Numbered from the stretch's first letter, positions 41,506 to 52,241 are shown. The stretch is 64,000 nt of DNA from a bacterium (GCA_963674595.2 CAXXFV010000026.1:32001-96000), one strand, 5' to 3'. Translations and numbers: made by a program. The notes: a model not told the origin generated them from the letters alone.

Positions 41506-42228
41506 CTACTATCTTGCGACAGTTAATGTCTCATTGTATTTTAATTTATACTCAGCATTCCAAAATTACAGGGGTCGTTCGGATTTAGTCTATCGCGAAA
41601 GATTTGTCAAAAACATATCATTAATAATTATTGCCTGATTTTTAATAGATCAGTGGCAGTATATCTTTATAAAAAAAATTATTATAATTATATTTCACTA
41701 AAATTATGTTTTAAAAAATATGTTATGCAACTTGATTAAATGGACGGTTGATGTTTTTGAAATGATTTTTGCAAGTGATAAGCAGCATGACTCGCCTTGT
41801 CCGGCAAGCGTGAATATGAAATAAGAGGAATTTAGTTTTGGGATTCATACAATTTTTTCCTCTGGCGGGTATTAGAGTTCAAGTCTGCAAAACTTGAGAG
41901 TTAACTAACTCGTCCTAAAAACAGGCCTTTATGGATGTTAAAATAATAATACGAACTTATAACTATCGGTGCAAGGAGTTTTTGAAAATTTTTAAGGATG
42001 TTGGCTGATTTTAGTTCTTTTTACAAAAAACGTTTGCAAATATAAAAAATAGTTCTAGTTTTTATATAACATGCTGCTGCTTAATTTGTGGAACAGAGCA
42101 GCACAACACCCGGGGTGAATGCCTTTTTTATTTATGTTTTGATTTTTCTCCCGGGGCGAGCAGGAATAAATGATAATAATAACAGCAGTATAGCATAATT
42201 CTTCTTGAATGGAAAGGGAAAAGGAAAC

Positions 42229-42771
42229 ATGAAGAAAATAGCAATGACTCTTGTAATTGGATTTTTAATCAGCAATGTTACTTTAGTTCAGGCAAAAACA
42301 AGTTTTGGTATTAATGGCGGGCTATCGTTTCCGGCCGGTGAAATGAATGAAATTGCCAATGGGGGACTTGGATTTGGGACCGTTTTTATAATCCCTACAT
42401 CGATTCCAATTACCGGATTAACTTTCGGTGCTAACTTTTTTTATCTTTCCGGTAAAACAATATCAAGATATAGCCCTTATAGTGATTATTATTCGTCATA
42501 TGAATATGAACCAGTCAAGGTGTTTTCAGTATTTGTTGGCCCACAATTTGGTAAAGAAAAGGGCCCCTATTTTGTACCAGCAATAAATGGAAACATTTAT
42601 GATGGGAGATTTCGTTCCGGTTTTGATGTCGGTTTGGGATTTATAAAACCGCTGGCTTCCGGGCGTACAAAATTGAATCTTTGTTTTAAAACAAGTCTTT
42701 TAAACTTGAGTAAAAATGATCATGAGATTAGAGCATATTTAGTTAGAATATTGGCAGGGTTAAATTTTTAG
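42229..42771 (+). CDS. outer-membrane beta-barrel protein
   Basis: Signal peptide; alternating beta strands; C-terminal Phe. Confidence 0.7.
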   Translation: MKKIAMTLVIGFLISNVTLVQAKTSFGINGGLSFPAGEMNEIANGGLGFGTVFIIPTSIPITGLTFGANFFYLSGKTISRYSPYSDYYSSYEYEPVKVFSVFVGPQFGKEKGPYFVPAINGNIYDGRFRSGFDVGLGFIKPLASGRTKLNLCFKTSLLNLSKNDHEIRAYLVRILAGLNF

Positions 42772-42820
42772 TTCAATCAGAAATTATCTTTTGAAACAGT
42801 TATAGGATTAATCATATAAT

Positions 42821-42843
42821 GGTGCGGTAGAACCACATCCTAC
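42821..42843 (-). repeat. REP family A copy with intact GTAG end
   Basis: Reverse complement is GTAGGATGTGGTTCTACCGCACC. Confidence 0.85.
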
Positions 42844-42879
42844 GCACTGCGTTATAATGACAAGAATAAAAGGTGCATT

Positions 42880-43299
42880 ATGCGGGCATTTCTAATTTTA
42901 TTTTTTTTGTTTCTAACAAGCGGTTGTACCGTACTTCACAGGTCTGTAACAATAGATGAAAGTAGTACATTTAATGATAGTTTTGGATATAATCATAACA
43001 ATGCATTATATGGTATTAATTTTAGTGCTGTTAAGGATACATCATATATAAAGCGCCCCAGAATAAAAGGCCGTAAATTTAATCCAAATCGGTTGTCAAT
43101 TTATTTGGGTCAGGATAAAACAGAGTTGGAGAGCTTTGCTATAAAACCGAAAAAGATTAAAAAAAAGAAAAAAGACGGCATTGAATACGAAATATTCAAG
43201 TATGTAGCTTATAAAAGCCTGGTTCAGCATATGGATGTATATATTAAAGATGGTAAGGTTTTCAAAATGAAGGGACTTGTTATTAGAGACATGCCATAG
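42880..43299 (+). CDS. lipoprotein
   Basis: Lipobox LTSGC. Confidence 0.65.
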   Translation: MRAFLILFFLFLTSGCTVLHRSVTIDESSTFNDSFGYNHNNALYGINFSAVKDTSYIKRPRIKGRKFNPNRLSIYLGQDKTELESFAIKPKKIKKKKKDGIEYEIFKYVAYKSLVQHMDVYIKDGKVFKMKGLVIRDMP

Positions 43300-43351
43300 A
43301 ATAGACAGTTATAATAACAGTTAACTGTTGTTTTCTTGATCACTTTGCAAT

Positions 43352-43374
43352 GGTGTGGTAGAACCACTCCTTAC
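43352..43374 (-). repeat. REP family A copy
   Basis: GGTGTGGTAGAACCACTCCTTAC; ~30 bp upstream resembles 34722-34753. Confidence 0.7.
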
Positions 43375-43431
43375 AACTTTGTTTGAGGATTTGTCCGGAA
43401 ATTTACGAATGTTAATATATGAGGTTCGACA

Positions 43432-44181
43432 ATGAAATATCTAAAATATTTCTTGATGTTTTTGCCGGTTTTGTGTTTTTGTAGTCATGATCAGGCTATT
43501 GACTATAACAAAATTCAGGGATTTTACGAATACCTGGTTTTTGACCATAATACCGGGTCTGTGGTTGATACTTTGTATGCAACGGCAAGGGTTTTTCAGT
43601 GGAGGGGAAGAGACACCATTAGATTTGATCATAATATCACCGGACATTTTTTCGGTACAGAAAACAAGTTTTTAGGTTTGTGGAGTGTTGATGAAGTAGA
43701 TAACAAGTATATCGCTCGTTATTATACGTTCTATTCTACTGATGTTAAGGCCGGTGATAACTGGAGTCTTAATGAAGAGCTGGACATTGGAAGGGGAACT
43801 TTTATAGAAGAATACTCTTGTTTATCCACGGACACAACGATTTCGGTTAATTCAGATATTGTTTTTAAAGATATTGTTTTTATTATCAAAAGAGACTGGG
43901 TAGATGTTGGCGGATTTTGGGACACAACTTTTTACGGTTATGATAAAAACCACAGGCTGGTCTATTTAAACCAGATGTTAATAAATCCGCGAGATAATTA
44001 TATACATAATAAATCAAATTATCTTGCATTAAACAGTTTTATCCAAAAAGAAAAGTGGTCCTCGTCTGATTCAAGTAAATGGGTAGATAGGAATTCCATT
44101 GAATCCAAAAGATTGTTTTATAATAATTCCGATTATCTCAAGGACATTCCGCCGCCACCGCCGCCGCCTGAAGAGTTGTAA
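43432..44181 (+). CDS. putative lipoprotein with C-terminal polyproline
   Basis: VLCFC signal; ends PPPPPPPEEL; GAGG RBS. Confidence 0.65.
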   Translation: MKYLKYFLMFLPVLCFCSHDQAIDYNKIQGFYEYLVFDHNTGSVVDTLYATARVFQWRGRDTIRFDHNITGHFFGTENKFLGLWSVDEVDNKYIARYYTFYSTDVKAGDNWSLNEELDIGRGTFIEEYSCLSTDTTISVNSDIVFKDIVFIIKRDWVDVGGFWDTTFYGYDKNHRLVYLNQMLINPRDNYIHNKSNYLALNSFIQKEKWSSSDSSKWVDRNSIESKRLFYNNSDYLKDIPPPPPPPEEL

Positions 44182-44224
44182 GAGTTGTTGTAAAAGTCCC
44201 AACCGCTGGAATAGGAAAATCAGT

Positions 44225-44656
44225 ATGATTTTAAATAATAAATTGAATATAAAAATAGTTCTTTTATTTTTTCTGGTCCAATTTTTAACACTGTTTTTTA
44301 TGAGTTTGTTAAATTTTTCAGAGTTTATTTTTGCTTTCATCTGCTCACTACTTTTAACAAGCTTGTTGGAAATTTATACCAGTTTCAAATACACAAATAG
44401 TAATTATTCAAAAGAACTGCTACGTTATTTTGTCCACTATCTGTGTTCCATTGCAGGTATTTTTATTGCAAATATAGCGTTTAATTTTTATTGGGCTTTG
44501 TTCAATGTTGATAGCAGTTTGTATTATATTTCAATATCAAAAAGTCTGTCTGTTTATGTTTTAACATTTCCTGTAATAACTTTTATTATGCTGTTAATGT
44601 TTATTTGTGGTATTTTTTTAAAAATAAAAGTTGATGAAAAAAGTTCCAGTCATTAA
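44225..44656 (+). CDS. four-TM membrane protein
   Basis: Hydrophobic segments; likely ATG 44225. Confidence 0.55.
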   Translation: MILNNKLNIKIVLLFFLVQFLTLFFMSLLNFSEFIFAFICSLLLTSLLEIYTSFKYTNSNYSKELLRYFVHYLCSIAGIFIANIAFNFYWALFNVDSSLYYISISKSLSVYVLTFPVITFIMLLMFICGIFLKIKVDEKSSSH

Positions 44657-44747
44657 AATGTATTGGATCCATGGAAATTATTTTCAGGATATTTTATCTC
44701 ATTAATTTTGTTAGGACTTGTTTTTATCAAAATGTCGGGTTATTAAA

Positions 44748-45338
44748 ATGAAACTGAAAAAAATAGTTTTAATTGTGTTGGTTGTTTTATCTGCTTCTTA
44801 CCTGATTATTTTAAGTAAAAATATCTATTTATATAGCATCTACAGGCATGGCGGCAGTAAATCTATTATATATAAGACAGTGGGTGAAATTGGTGAACTG
44901 GCAGGGACCTGGCAAGGTGTTACGGATATATGGCAGGAAGGTTATGATTGGAGACAGTTTGTTAAATATGAATTCAATGCCGACAGTGCAGGACTGGTGA
45001 CAATACGTAATTTTAATTATAAAATTAACGGAGAATACACTCGGGTTTATTCATGGCGGTCTTTGTTGCCTTTTGATAAAAACAAATATTCGGAACATAA
45101 ATATAAGGTGATCGTTGATCCAATCTATATAAAAGAAATTAAAACAGACAGTGATGGTAAAATCTATACATCATATTACAAATATAAAATAAACGCCGAT
45201 TCTCTTTTTATTTCCTATGAATATAGCATCCGTCCCTATTCGGAAGAGCCTGTTTGGCGCCATGAACATTTAAAAGTTATAAAGTTTTCAGACCTGTTTA
45301 AATATTGGTTTTTTAAAAATTCAATCTTTCACTGGTAA
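44748..45338 (+). CDS. membrane-anchored lipocalin-like hypothetical protein
   Basis: N-terminal TM segment; ELAGTW motif. Confidence 0.55.
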   Translation: MKLKKIVLIVLVVLSASYLIILSKNIYLYSIYRHGGSKSIIYKTVGEIGELAGTWQGVTDIWQEGYDWRQFVKYEFNADSAGLVTIRNFNYKINGEYTRVYSWRSLLPFDKNKYSEHKYKVIVDPIYIKEIKTDSDGKIYTSYYKYKINADSLFISYEYSIRPYSEEPVWRHEHLKVIKFSDLFKYWFFKNSIFHW

Positions 45339-45390
45339 TTGTTAAATTGAATTCTATGGCAGATGCAGATTTATTACAGTTTATATCTGA

Positions 45391-45439
45391 TTTGATCGTA
45401 CAAGGGTTCAACCCTTATTTGAGGGCTTGGCCCTCCTGT
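45391..45439. repeat. repeat family C (TTTGATCGTACAA...GAGGGCTTGGCCCTCCTGT)
   Basis: Direct copy at 45921-45968 on the other side of the 45551 gene. Confidence 0.7.
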
Positions 45440-45469
45440 GATAAATATCTTTCTCAGTTAATTAAATAT

Positions 45470-45523
45470 TTCGGGGTAGATACCCCGTCCTATTGTGCCC
45501 CGGGAAAGATTCCCGTGGCGAGC
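45470..45523. repeat. double-hairpin repeat family B
   Basis: Slightly diverged copy of 35086-35139. Confidence 0.8.
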
Positions 45524-45550
45524 AGTCTTTCTTAAGTATCAGGTTATGTT

Positions 45551-45919
45551 ATGGTAAATTTACGAATATTACGAGTTGTCCTTTTGTTTATTATTTTGAG
45601 CTGCTGCTGTTCATGTGATTATTCATATAGTTTAAAAATAGATGGATCTGCTGATCTTTATGTCGATGTAATAGAAAAGCCATTTTCTGGTTCTACTGAG
45701 TTTAATTATAAAGTACACATTCCATATTCAGATGATATATCCCAATATGCAGGGGAAAGATATAGAATAACAGTCAAAAAGACAACCCGAGAAGGTGAAT
45801 TGATTTTACGAATTGTTGAAGAAAAGAGCTCATTTTTTATTTTTAACAGTAATGGAGAGATATTTCGGTGTGAAACCACCGACTCTTGTGGTGTATGTAA
45901 GTATGACGGGTACTTTTAA
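45551..45919 (+). CDS. putative lipoprotein
   Basis: Signal ending LSCCCSC. Confidence 0.6.
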   Translation: MVNLRILRVVLLFIILSCCCSCDYSYSLKIDGSADLYVDVIEKPFSGSTEFNYKVHIPYSDDISQYAGERYRITVKKTTREGELILRIVEEKSSFFIFNSNGEIFRCETTDSCGVCKYDGYF

Positions 45920-46094
45920 TTTTGATCGTACAAAGGTACGGTTTATGATGAGGGCTTGGCCCTCCTGTTTTTAAGCTTTCAAGTTGTAATGTGAAAGGCA
46001 AAGTCTTTATTTTTAAGCGCGCAGAGGTAGGAAATTCTGTACAATCAGTAGGTTACAAATTCCTGGATGATCACGATTTTAATAAAGGAAAAAT

Positions 46095-46829
46095 ATGAAA
46101 TCACTTATTCCATTTTTAATCGTATTTTTTATAAATTGTAGTGGTTATGTTACATCTCGTTTGTTTAAAACATCTCCTGAATTTAAATTTTCATTTAACA
46201 ATTGGGAAATTGATAAGATTAGTTTAGGGGCAAGTGATGCACTGAAGGAAATCGATTATTATTATAAAACTCATTTTTTTTGTGATTTTAAGCAAATTGA
46301 CAAAAAAAATAAAATTTTTCCATTCTTTAATAATGATTTGGTTGTTGATTCCATTTTCATTAAGGCTGAAGGCAATTTTCACAAAAGTGCACAGTTACAA
46401 AATGATTATGGAAGTATAAATAATATGTTTAATCTCGATAGTAGTATTTCCTTTGTTCAAATCCAAAAGTGTATCAGAGATAACAGTTATAAAATCACTC
46501 CCTATTCCAAATCTAAAGGTTCAATCGAACCATTTCTAATAACTCTTCCTTTGTTTAAGGAAAAAGGATGTGATTTTAATAAAGGTTTTTCTGATACAGT
46601 AAAAATTAATAATGCTAATGAATTGGAGCAATATGTCAGCTCATCCACAATTAAAGCTGGCAAAATTATGATTTTTAAGGATATATATATTCCACCTCAT
46701 ATAAAAACTTTAACGATATGTTTTCACGCGAAGATAATTAATAATTTTACTTTTGAAATTTTAGAAACAAAATATTTCGAGCATACACTATATAGAAAAG
46801 ATAAAAAAACATGGACTTTGGGTTATTAA
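46095..46829 (+). CDS. lipoprotein
   Basis: Signal ending FFINC; AAGGA RBS. Confidence 0.65.
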   Translation: MKSLIPFLIVFFINCSGYVTSRLFKTSPEFKFSFNNWEIDKISLGASDALKEIDYYYKTHFFCDFKQIDKKNKIFPFFNNDLVVDSIFIKAEGNFHKSAQLQNDYGSINNMFNLDSSISFVQIQKCIRDNSYKITPYSKSKGSIEPFLITLPLFKEKGCDFNKGFSDTVKINNANELEQYVSSSTIKAGKIMIFKDIYIPPHIKTLTICFHAKIINNFTFEILETKYFEHTLYRKDKKTWTLGY

Positions 46830-46883
46830 AAAGATAATAAACCATAATTCAAGTGTATCGTTTTACGGCTTTTTAATTATAAT

Positions 46884-47576
46884 TTATAACAACCTCACTC
46901 TTGTTAACAGTGAAAAACGTAAAATTTTAAAAGCGTTTGGGAACATTAAATAATCTCCTTCAATCGGAGTGCGTTCTTTGGCAGGAGAAAAAATGCTGTA
47001 TTCGCCCAGCACTATTAAAGAAACTCTTTGCCATACCGGTACTTTTAAAGATGCTCCCAAAACCAGGGAACTGTTCCAGTTTTCCATATAACGGTCCAGG
47101 TTTGTCCTGGTTTCGCTGATTTCAAAGGACGGGTATTCTGTTACATACTCTGTTTCCGGTGACTCTAGTTTGGATACATCTAAACCAAACAGGACTGTTT
47201 TTAAATATGGATTGTCGGATAATTTATAATTGAAAAGGACTTTGTAAGAGGTGCAGTCAAATTCGGTGTTTATATCATACCCAATGGGATTAACCATTTT
47301 GTCTTTTGACCGCAGAAGGCGAAACCCGCAGTGTGTAAAACCAGGCTCGAAACTGATGGACATTTTTTCCGTCAATACAATATCCAGATAACAGCCAACC
47401 AGGGGATAATATTTTGCCCTGACCTCATCGGGATTAAGGTATTCTCTTTCGACATTAACGGCAGTGGTCCTTGTAAAACCCCCTGTCAAACCAATGGATA
47501 TTCTTTTTACATTTTGACAGAACGCATTTGAATTGAGGCTGACAAGAACAGCCGTTATTAAAATTCTATATCGCAT
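46884..47576 (-). CDS. PorT-like outer-membrane beta-barrel, paralog 1
   Basis: Signal peptide; SIGLTGG; paralog of the next gene. Confidence 0.7.
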   Translation of the reverse strand: MRYRILITAVLVSLNSNAFCQNVKRISIGLTGGFTRTTAVNVEREYLNPDEVRAKYYPLVGCYLDIVLTEKMSISFEPGFTHCGFRLLRSKDKMVNPIGYDINTEFDCTSYKVLFNYKLSDNPYLKTVLFGLDVSKLESPETEYVTEYPSFEISETRTNLDRYMENWNSSLVLGASLKVPVWQRVSLIVLGEYSIFSPAKERTPIEGDYLMFPNAFKILRFSLLTRVRLL

Positions 47577-47606
47577 ATCCTCTCCGTTGGTTGTTGGCTT
47601 TTGTCC

Positions 47607-48299
47607 TTAATACAGGTTTATTTTTGTCAAAAGTGAAATACGTGAAAATTTATAAGCGTTTGGGAATATTAAATAATCTCCTTCAGCCGGTTCTTGTTTT
47701 TTAACCGGAGAAGATAGACTGTGCTCGCCCAATAATACAAAGGAGACGTTATCCCATCCCGGAATTTTGAAGGATAGTCCGTAAACCAGGGAACTGTGCC
47801 AATTTTTCATATATCGGTCCAGGTTAGTAGCGGTTTCACTGATTTCGAATGACGTAAATTGTGTGGTATATTTGATCTTCGGCAATATAAGACAGGAATA
47901 ATCGATCCCAAACAGCACTGCCGGCTGAAACAGTTTTTTAAACAAAACATATTCTAATACAGCCCTGGAAGAGAAATAATAAAATCGGGCGTTTATATCA
48001 TAACCAATGGGATTAAATTTATCCTCTCGTGACCGGATGATGTGAAAACCATAGCCGGATAAAGATTGATCCAGGTTGATTGATAGATTTTGTATCAGGT
48101 TATAATCAAAATAATAACCGATTGAAGGTAAATATTTGTCTTTTATCTCATCAGAGGCAAAATAATTTTCCTTGATGTCATAAATAGATGTTTTGGAAAT
48201 TCCCCCTGTCAAACCAATGGATGATTTTTTTACGTTTTGACAAAAGGCACTTGAATTGATACTGACAAGAACAGCCGTTATTAAAATCGCATATCGCAT
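47607..48299 (-). CDS. PorT-like outer-membrane beta-barrel, paralog 2
   Basis: Start MRYAILITAVLVS; shares NPIGYDIN, TNLDRYM, EGDYL. Confidence 0.7.
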   Translation of the reverse strand: MRYAILITAVLVSINSSAFCQNVKKSSIGLTGGISKTSIYDIKENYFASDEIKDKYLPSIGYYFDYNLIQNLSINLDQSLSGYGFHIIRSREDKFNPIGYDINARFYYFSSRAVLEYVLFKKLFQPAVLFGIDYSCLILPKIKYTTQFTSFEISETATNLDRYMKNWHSSLVYGLSFKIPGWDNVSFVLLGEHSLSSPVKKQEPAEGDYLIFPNAYKFSRISLLTKINLY

Positions 48300-48446
48300 A
48301 TCCACTCCACTGGTTTTAATTTTTGGTGTTAAAAAATGGTCCCGCAGCCATAAAAACCCCGATTTAATCATACCTTACGGTTAAAAAAGTAATCTATCAA
48401 AAACCGTGCATTCTGCACATTCGGCAGTTCTGCGTTTAAAAACGAT

Positions 48447-48469
48447 GGTGTTGTAAAACCACACCCTGT
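48447..48469 (-). repeat. degenerate REP family A copy
   Basis: GGTGTTGTAAAACCACACCCTGT. Confidence 0.55.
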
Positions 48470-48478
48470 CTGCCGCCG

Positions 48479-49180
48479 TTATCTATTCCACTTTTTATTA
48501 TAACACTTTTGCACCAGTGCCCTGCTGTTTGACGTTCCATGAGAGGGGAGAAACTCGTTACAGCCTGTTTGTAAAAGTTTTCCCCAGCTTTTCAGCATCA
48601 CATGTTCATCCTGCGCGTATGGAGGAAAAGCAGACCCTTTGAATATGCCGAACATGGTGTCGCCGACAATGGCGATTTCATCATCAATGATCAAACTCAT
48701 AGAGCCGATTGTATGTCCGGGAGTATGCATCAAATACGCATTAAATCCCAGGTCCTTAAAATTATAATCGGACTCGACAACAAAATCCGGTTGACAGGGT
48801 TTATATGTTAATTTTGCAATATAACGTTTGCCGATACTATTAACAATACGCCGCGTAATAGGATTTGTTCCCCGTGGCAAAATATTATCCCCGTTCAGCA
48901 AATTGTTTTCTTCCTCTTTATGAATAAATACGTTGGAGTTGTACGTTTCCCTGATTTTACAGGCATTGCCGGCATGGTCAAAATGCGCGTGGGTCAATAT
49001 CAGGTAATCCACGGATGTTATGTTCAGGCGGTTTAGGTTTTTTACAAGTCTGTTCCATGCGCCGGGCACAGAGGTGTCCACCAGGATATGGGTTGTGCTG
49101 TTGGTCAGCAGAAACACATTGCTTCTGCCGGACAAAATCCGGTAAATTGTATAACCGCTTTTTGTGGTCCATTTTTTCAT
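48479..49180 (-). CDS. metallo-beta-lactamase-fold hydrolase
   Basis: THAHFDH, TPGHT, GD, PSHG. Confidence 0.9.
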   Translation of the reverse strand: MKKWTTKSGYTIYRILSGRSNVFLLTNSTTHILVDTSVPGAWNRLVKNLNRLNITSVDYLILTHAHFDHAGNACKIRETYNSNVFIHKEEENNLLNGDNILPRGTNPITRRIVNSIGKRYIAKLTYKPCQPDFVVESDYNFKDLGFNAYLMHTPGHTIGSMSLIIDDEIAIVGDTMFGIFKGSAFPPYAQDEHVMLKSWGKLLQTGCNEFLPSHGTSNSRALVQKCYNKKWNR

Positions 49181-49288
49181 GGTTGTTCCTGATTGGTTGG
49201 TAAATTTATTTATGCCGGACCTGCAAAAACACAGAGGAGACGATCCTCTACGTTCTGCGACAGATAAAAGAAAAACGTATTGACGAGT

Positions 49289-50062
49289 TTATGAAATCCA
49301 CATTGGCCCACAAGGTTCCAGCCTCCATTTATTGTTTTCTTTTATACATTTGTAATAACCGCCAAAAGCCGCAAGCGGACCGGAATATAATTTATATCCA
49401 AAAATAATGTCATTATCCACCCGTTTAATGGGTGTAAACGTTAAAATACCTCTGTAATTGCCGATCACCATATAGTGAGAATCGATGACATCTGTGTTGT
49501 TGGAATAAAATTCATTTTCAATGCCGTTAGCACGCCAATCGTTTTGGAACAGGGATAATAATGAATCACTCATTGGCCGGATCGTTGGGGCACGATAATA
49601 GCACACTGAATGGTTACTATACAAGCTGTCGACAAGTATGCAGGGTGTGCACATATCAACAACGATTTTGTATATTTCATATTTCGTTTGGTCCGGCAGT
49701 GAATGATGGTAATCCAGACTCGCATATACAAACTTTATATCAAACGGTTTTTTATACAGTATTTCCTGATTTAAAATTTGGGGATGTTCGATGATTATAA
49801 TAAGCAAATATAAAAATAGAGAAATGGGAAGCACCGTTTTGACCAAAGAATATCTTTTTGTTTTTATGAAAAAAAATGTTAAAAGTTGAATAATGATAAA
49901 AATTATTATACCGGGTAAATTCACGTTCTTTAAGTAAAATTCTATTAATCCAAACATTTGGTGAGGGATAATTAATTTAAACAGTCCGGGAATGATAATA
50001 ACCAGATTGCAGATTATAATTAGCAGAGTAAGTGCCGAATATTTTAGTATGGATTTTATCAT
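49289..50062 (-). CDS. hypothetical membrane protein
   Basis: Three N-terminal TM segments and a soluble C-terminus. Confidence 0.6.
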   Translation of the reverse strand: MIKSILKYSALTLLIIICNLVIIIPGLFKLIIPHQMFGLIEFYLKNVNLPGIIIFIIIQLLTFFFIKTKRYSLVKTVLPISLFLYLLIIIIEHPQILNQEILYKKPFDIKFVYASLDYHHSLPDQTKYEIYKIVVDMCTPCILVDSLYSNHSVCYYRAPTIRPMSDSLLSLFQNDWRANGIENEFYSNNTDVIDSHYMVIGNYRGILTFTPIKRVDNDIIFGYKLYSGPLAAFGGYYKCIKENNKWRLEPCGPMWIS

Positions 50063-50171
50063 GTTTGTTTAAGTCTACTTTTATAATATAAGAACGATGT
50101 TGCAGGTGGCCGTTTTATAAGCGACGTTTAATTATTATTTTTTAATTCAAAATATATGTACCGCAAAAATT

Positions 50172-50720
50172 TCACCAATTATAATTTAAACTGACTCCTG
50201 TACTATTCTTATTTCCAACAGGAGTAACTGAAAAATGTTTGTATGGCGAGGTAAAATAAGAGCTGCTTAAAATGCCGATTAATGCTCCGGCTGTAACGTC
50301 ATAAAAATCATGCTTGTCTGATTCTCCTTCAACCCGGCTCCAACCTACAAAACCGGCTGCTATATATGCCGGAATTCCAAATTTATTCCCATATCTTTTG
50401 TGTATAAATCGGGCCCCTTGAAATGCAGCGGCTGTATGGCCGGATGGAAAAGAGTAATCGCCGTTATTTTCCTGCCTCGGTTTATTGATGACATATTTTA
50501 ACAGATAGGTTACGCTGAAATTGGTCAAAAACGATTTGATAAATTGATTTCTGCCTTTGCCGTCATTTATTATGATTGTTGTTGAAAAAGCACAGGCCGG
50601 GATGAGTATCTGTGTTATATCTCCGGTTCTTTCAAAATTGCTTTTCGCTTTCGCCTGGGGTATACTAACAAGCATTGTAAATATTAAACTCAAAAGAATT
50701 AATAAATTAACTATTTTCAT
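50172..50720 (-). CDS. PAP2-family phosphatase
   Basis: KYVINKPR, SFPSGH, SRVEGESDKH..D. Confidence 0.88.
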   Translation of the reverse strand: MKIVNLLILLSLIFTMLVSIPQAKAKSNFERTGDITQILIPACAFSTTIIINDGKGRNQFIKSFLTNFSVTYLLKYVINKPRQENNGDYSFPSGHTAAAFQGARFIHKRYGNKFGIPAYIAAGFVGWSRVEGESDKHDFYDVTAGALIGILSSSYFTSPYKHFSVTPVGNKNSTGVSLNYNW

Positions 50721-50786
50721 TACGAACTGTTCCTTATGGTTCTTTTATATAAGAACATAGCCAGGGTGCGACAGGGCCTGCTGTTT

Positions 50787-52118
50787 TTATAAATTTTCCA
50801 ATATATTAAGAAAACCCTGATAATGGATCTTTTGATACTTTATCAGCAATTTCTTGTCGGTTTTGTCATATCGGCACTTTTCAAGGTCATCCTTGTCAAA
50901 GGGGGCTTCCATGTCAAAGGCCGGTATACCCAATTCGCGGAAACACCAATCCGGCAGACTGCCGCTGGTGCACAGCGAAACGATTTTCGCCTGTTCTGAT
51001 GAATCGGAACCGGTGCCCTGCCAGTACAAATCAGCAAATTTGGAACACTGGTTCAGATAATCTTTGTCGTCCATCCCGACTTTGGATATCCCCAGCGTTT
51101 CTCCGGCAATGCTCGCCAGACAGTGAAATGAAAACACAGCCAGCGGATTGTTGCTTTTGATAAATTCCATCACGGCGACTGTCTCCGGCTCACTGCCTGC
51201 ATAGGGCCCGCGATAGGTCTGTGCATCGGGATCAGAGGTTTCGTAACCATAGGTCTGATCTACGTTGACCCAGTTGGCCGGAAAGTTCCGGTTCAGGTCA
51301 ACATCATTGGCGTTTCGCCGCAGATACCAGGGATTCCCATAGGCCAGTTTGTCGCGTCTGTCACAATTGACTGATGGAATGGCGATAATGGATACCTTGT
51401 TCAACAATTCCGCATGATTTTGAAGGAGCTTTTGCAAGAGGGGAAGGATTAATTCGGGTCCGGATTCACCGGCATGGACCGCACCGATAAGGGCAATGGC
51501 CTTTTTCCCGTGACCCGCTTTGAGCGCCATTAACGGTTTGCGGTTCACCGTTTTACCGATTTGTGCCACAACGACCTGGCCGGGGTAGAGGCTCTTTAAA
51601 TTTTCGATTTCCCGGACCACCTTTTCATAAGGCCAGCACACCTGCTGGTCTCTCACGTTGATTGCCAGCGGACCGATGGGCAGACCGTCGCCCGCCGCCA
51701 TCCAATAGGCATAGGTGGAGCCGGTTTCGGCAGTCTCATCCGTAAAGGTGAACTTGGCGTCCACCAGGGGCGTTATTTCCCCCTTAAAAATACAGTCCGC
51801 ATCTTTATAATTCAGACCGGGAAAATATTCATTATAATCCTTGCCGAATACAAAATCAGGACATGCCAGACGATAGATTTTAATCTCTTTAAAAAGGCTG
51901 TCCTGCTCTGCTTTCATATAGCGGATGGCTTTATAGGCTGATACAATAACCTTACCGTCATCAGTGTGAATATTCGCATGACGCAGCGTTACAAGTTTAT
52001 TGTCCTTTGGTGATTGGGCCAGGCACGGATTTGAAACACAGCACAGATATAATAACAATCCCATGGTAAAAAAGGCCGGAAAAAAAGGGCGCAGCAGTGT
52101 TATATTTTTAGAAAACAT
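50787..52118 (-). CDS. M14 zinc carboxypeptidase, secreted
   Basis: HAGE, RRNANDVDLNRNF, SEPET, SFH. Confidence 0.88.
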   Translation of the reverse strand: MFSKNITLLRPFFPAFFTMGLLLYLCCVSNPCLAQSPKDNKLVTLRHANIHTDDGKVIVSAYKAIRYMKAEQDSLFKEIKIYRLACPDFVFGKDYNEYFPGLNYKDADCIFKGEITPLVDAKFTFTDETAETGSTYAYWMAAGDGLPIGPLAINVRDQQVCWPYEKVVREIENLKSLYPGQVVVAQIGKTVNRKPLMALKAGHGKKAIALIGAVHAGESGPELILPLLQKLLQNHAELLNKVSIIAIPSVNCDRRDKLAYGNPWYLRRNANDVDLNRNFPANWVNVDQTYGYETSDPDAQTYRGPYAGSEPETVAVMEFIKSNNPLAVFSFHCLASIAGETLGISKVGMDDKDYLNQCSKFADLYWQGTGSDSSEQAKIVSLCTSGSLPDWCFRELGIPAFDMEAPFDKDDLEKCRYDKTDKKLLIKYQKIHYQGFLNILENL

Positions 52119-52205
52119 GTCAAACCTTCCTCATTTATTGGTCGTCAGGGTAAAACATGGACCCTTTTACAGGAGCTATAGGAAATCGGTTAAGGAACCA
52201 TCATC

Positions 52206-52241
52206 AAAATACAAAAGAAAAAAACAGATGTCCAGTGTAAA
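52206..52241 (-). promoter_or_regulatory. putative sigma70-like promoter, copy 1
   Basis: TGGACA-17 bp-TATTTT; near-identical 36-mer at 61565-61600. Confidence 0.5.

Noticed and set aside
41506-42228. Long intergenic region possibly holding a riboswitch or sRNA
   Set aside because: Only AT-rich divergent-promoter-like sequence and short palindromes near 42070-42165 are visible; I could not recognise an RNA family.
45347-45535. ORFs 45347..45535, 35509..35769, 52256..52453, 52368..52556 and 53030..53287
   Set aside because: They largely translate repeat elements and are unlikely to be real genes.
33416-48469. CRISPR array or integron attC sites
   Set aside because: The repeats are separated by whole genes, not 30-40 bp spacers. 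There is no cas or intI gene and no consistent RYYYAAC...GTTRRRY ends.
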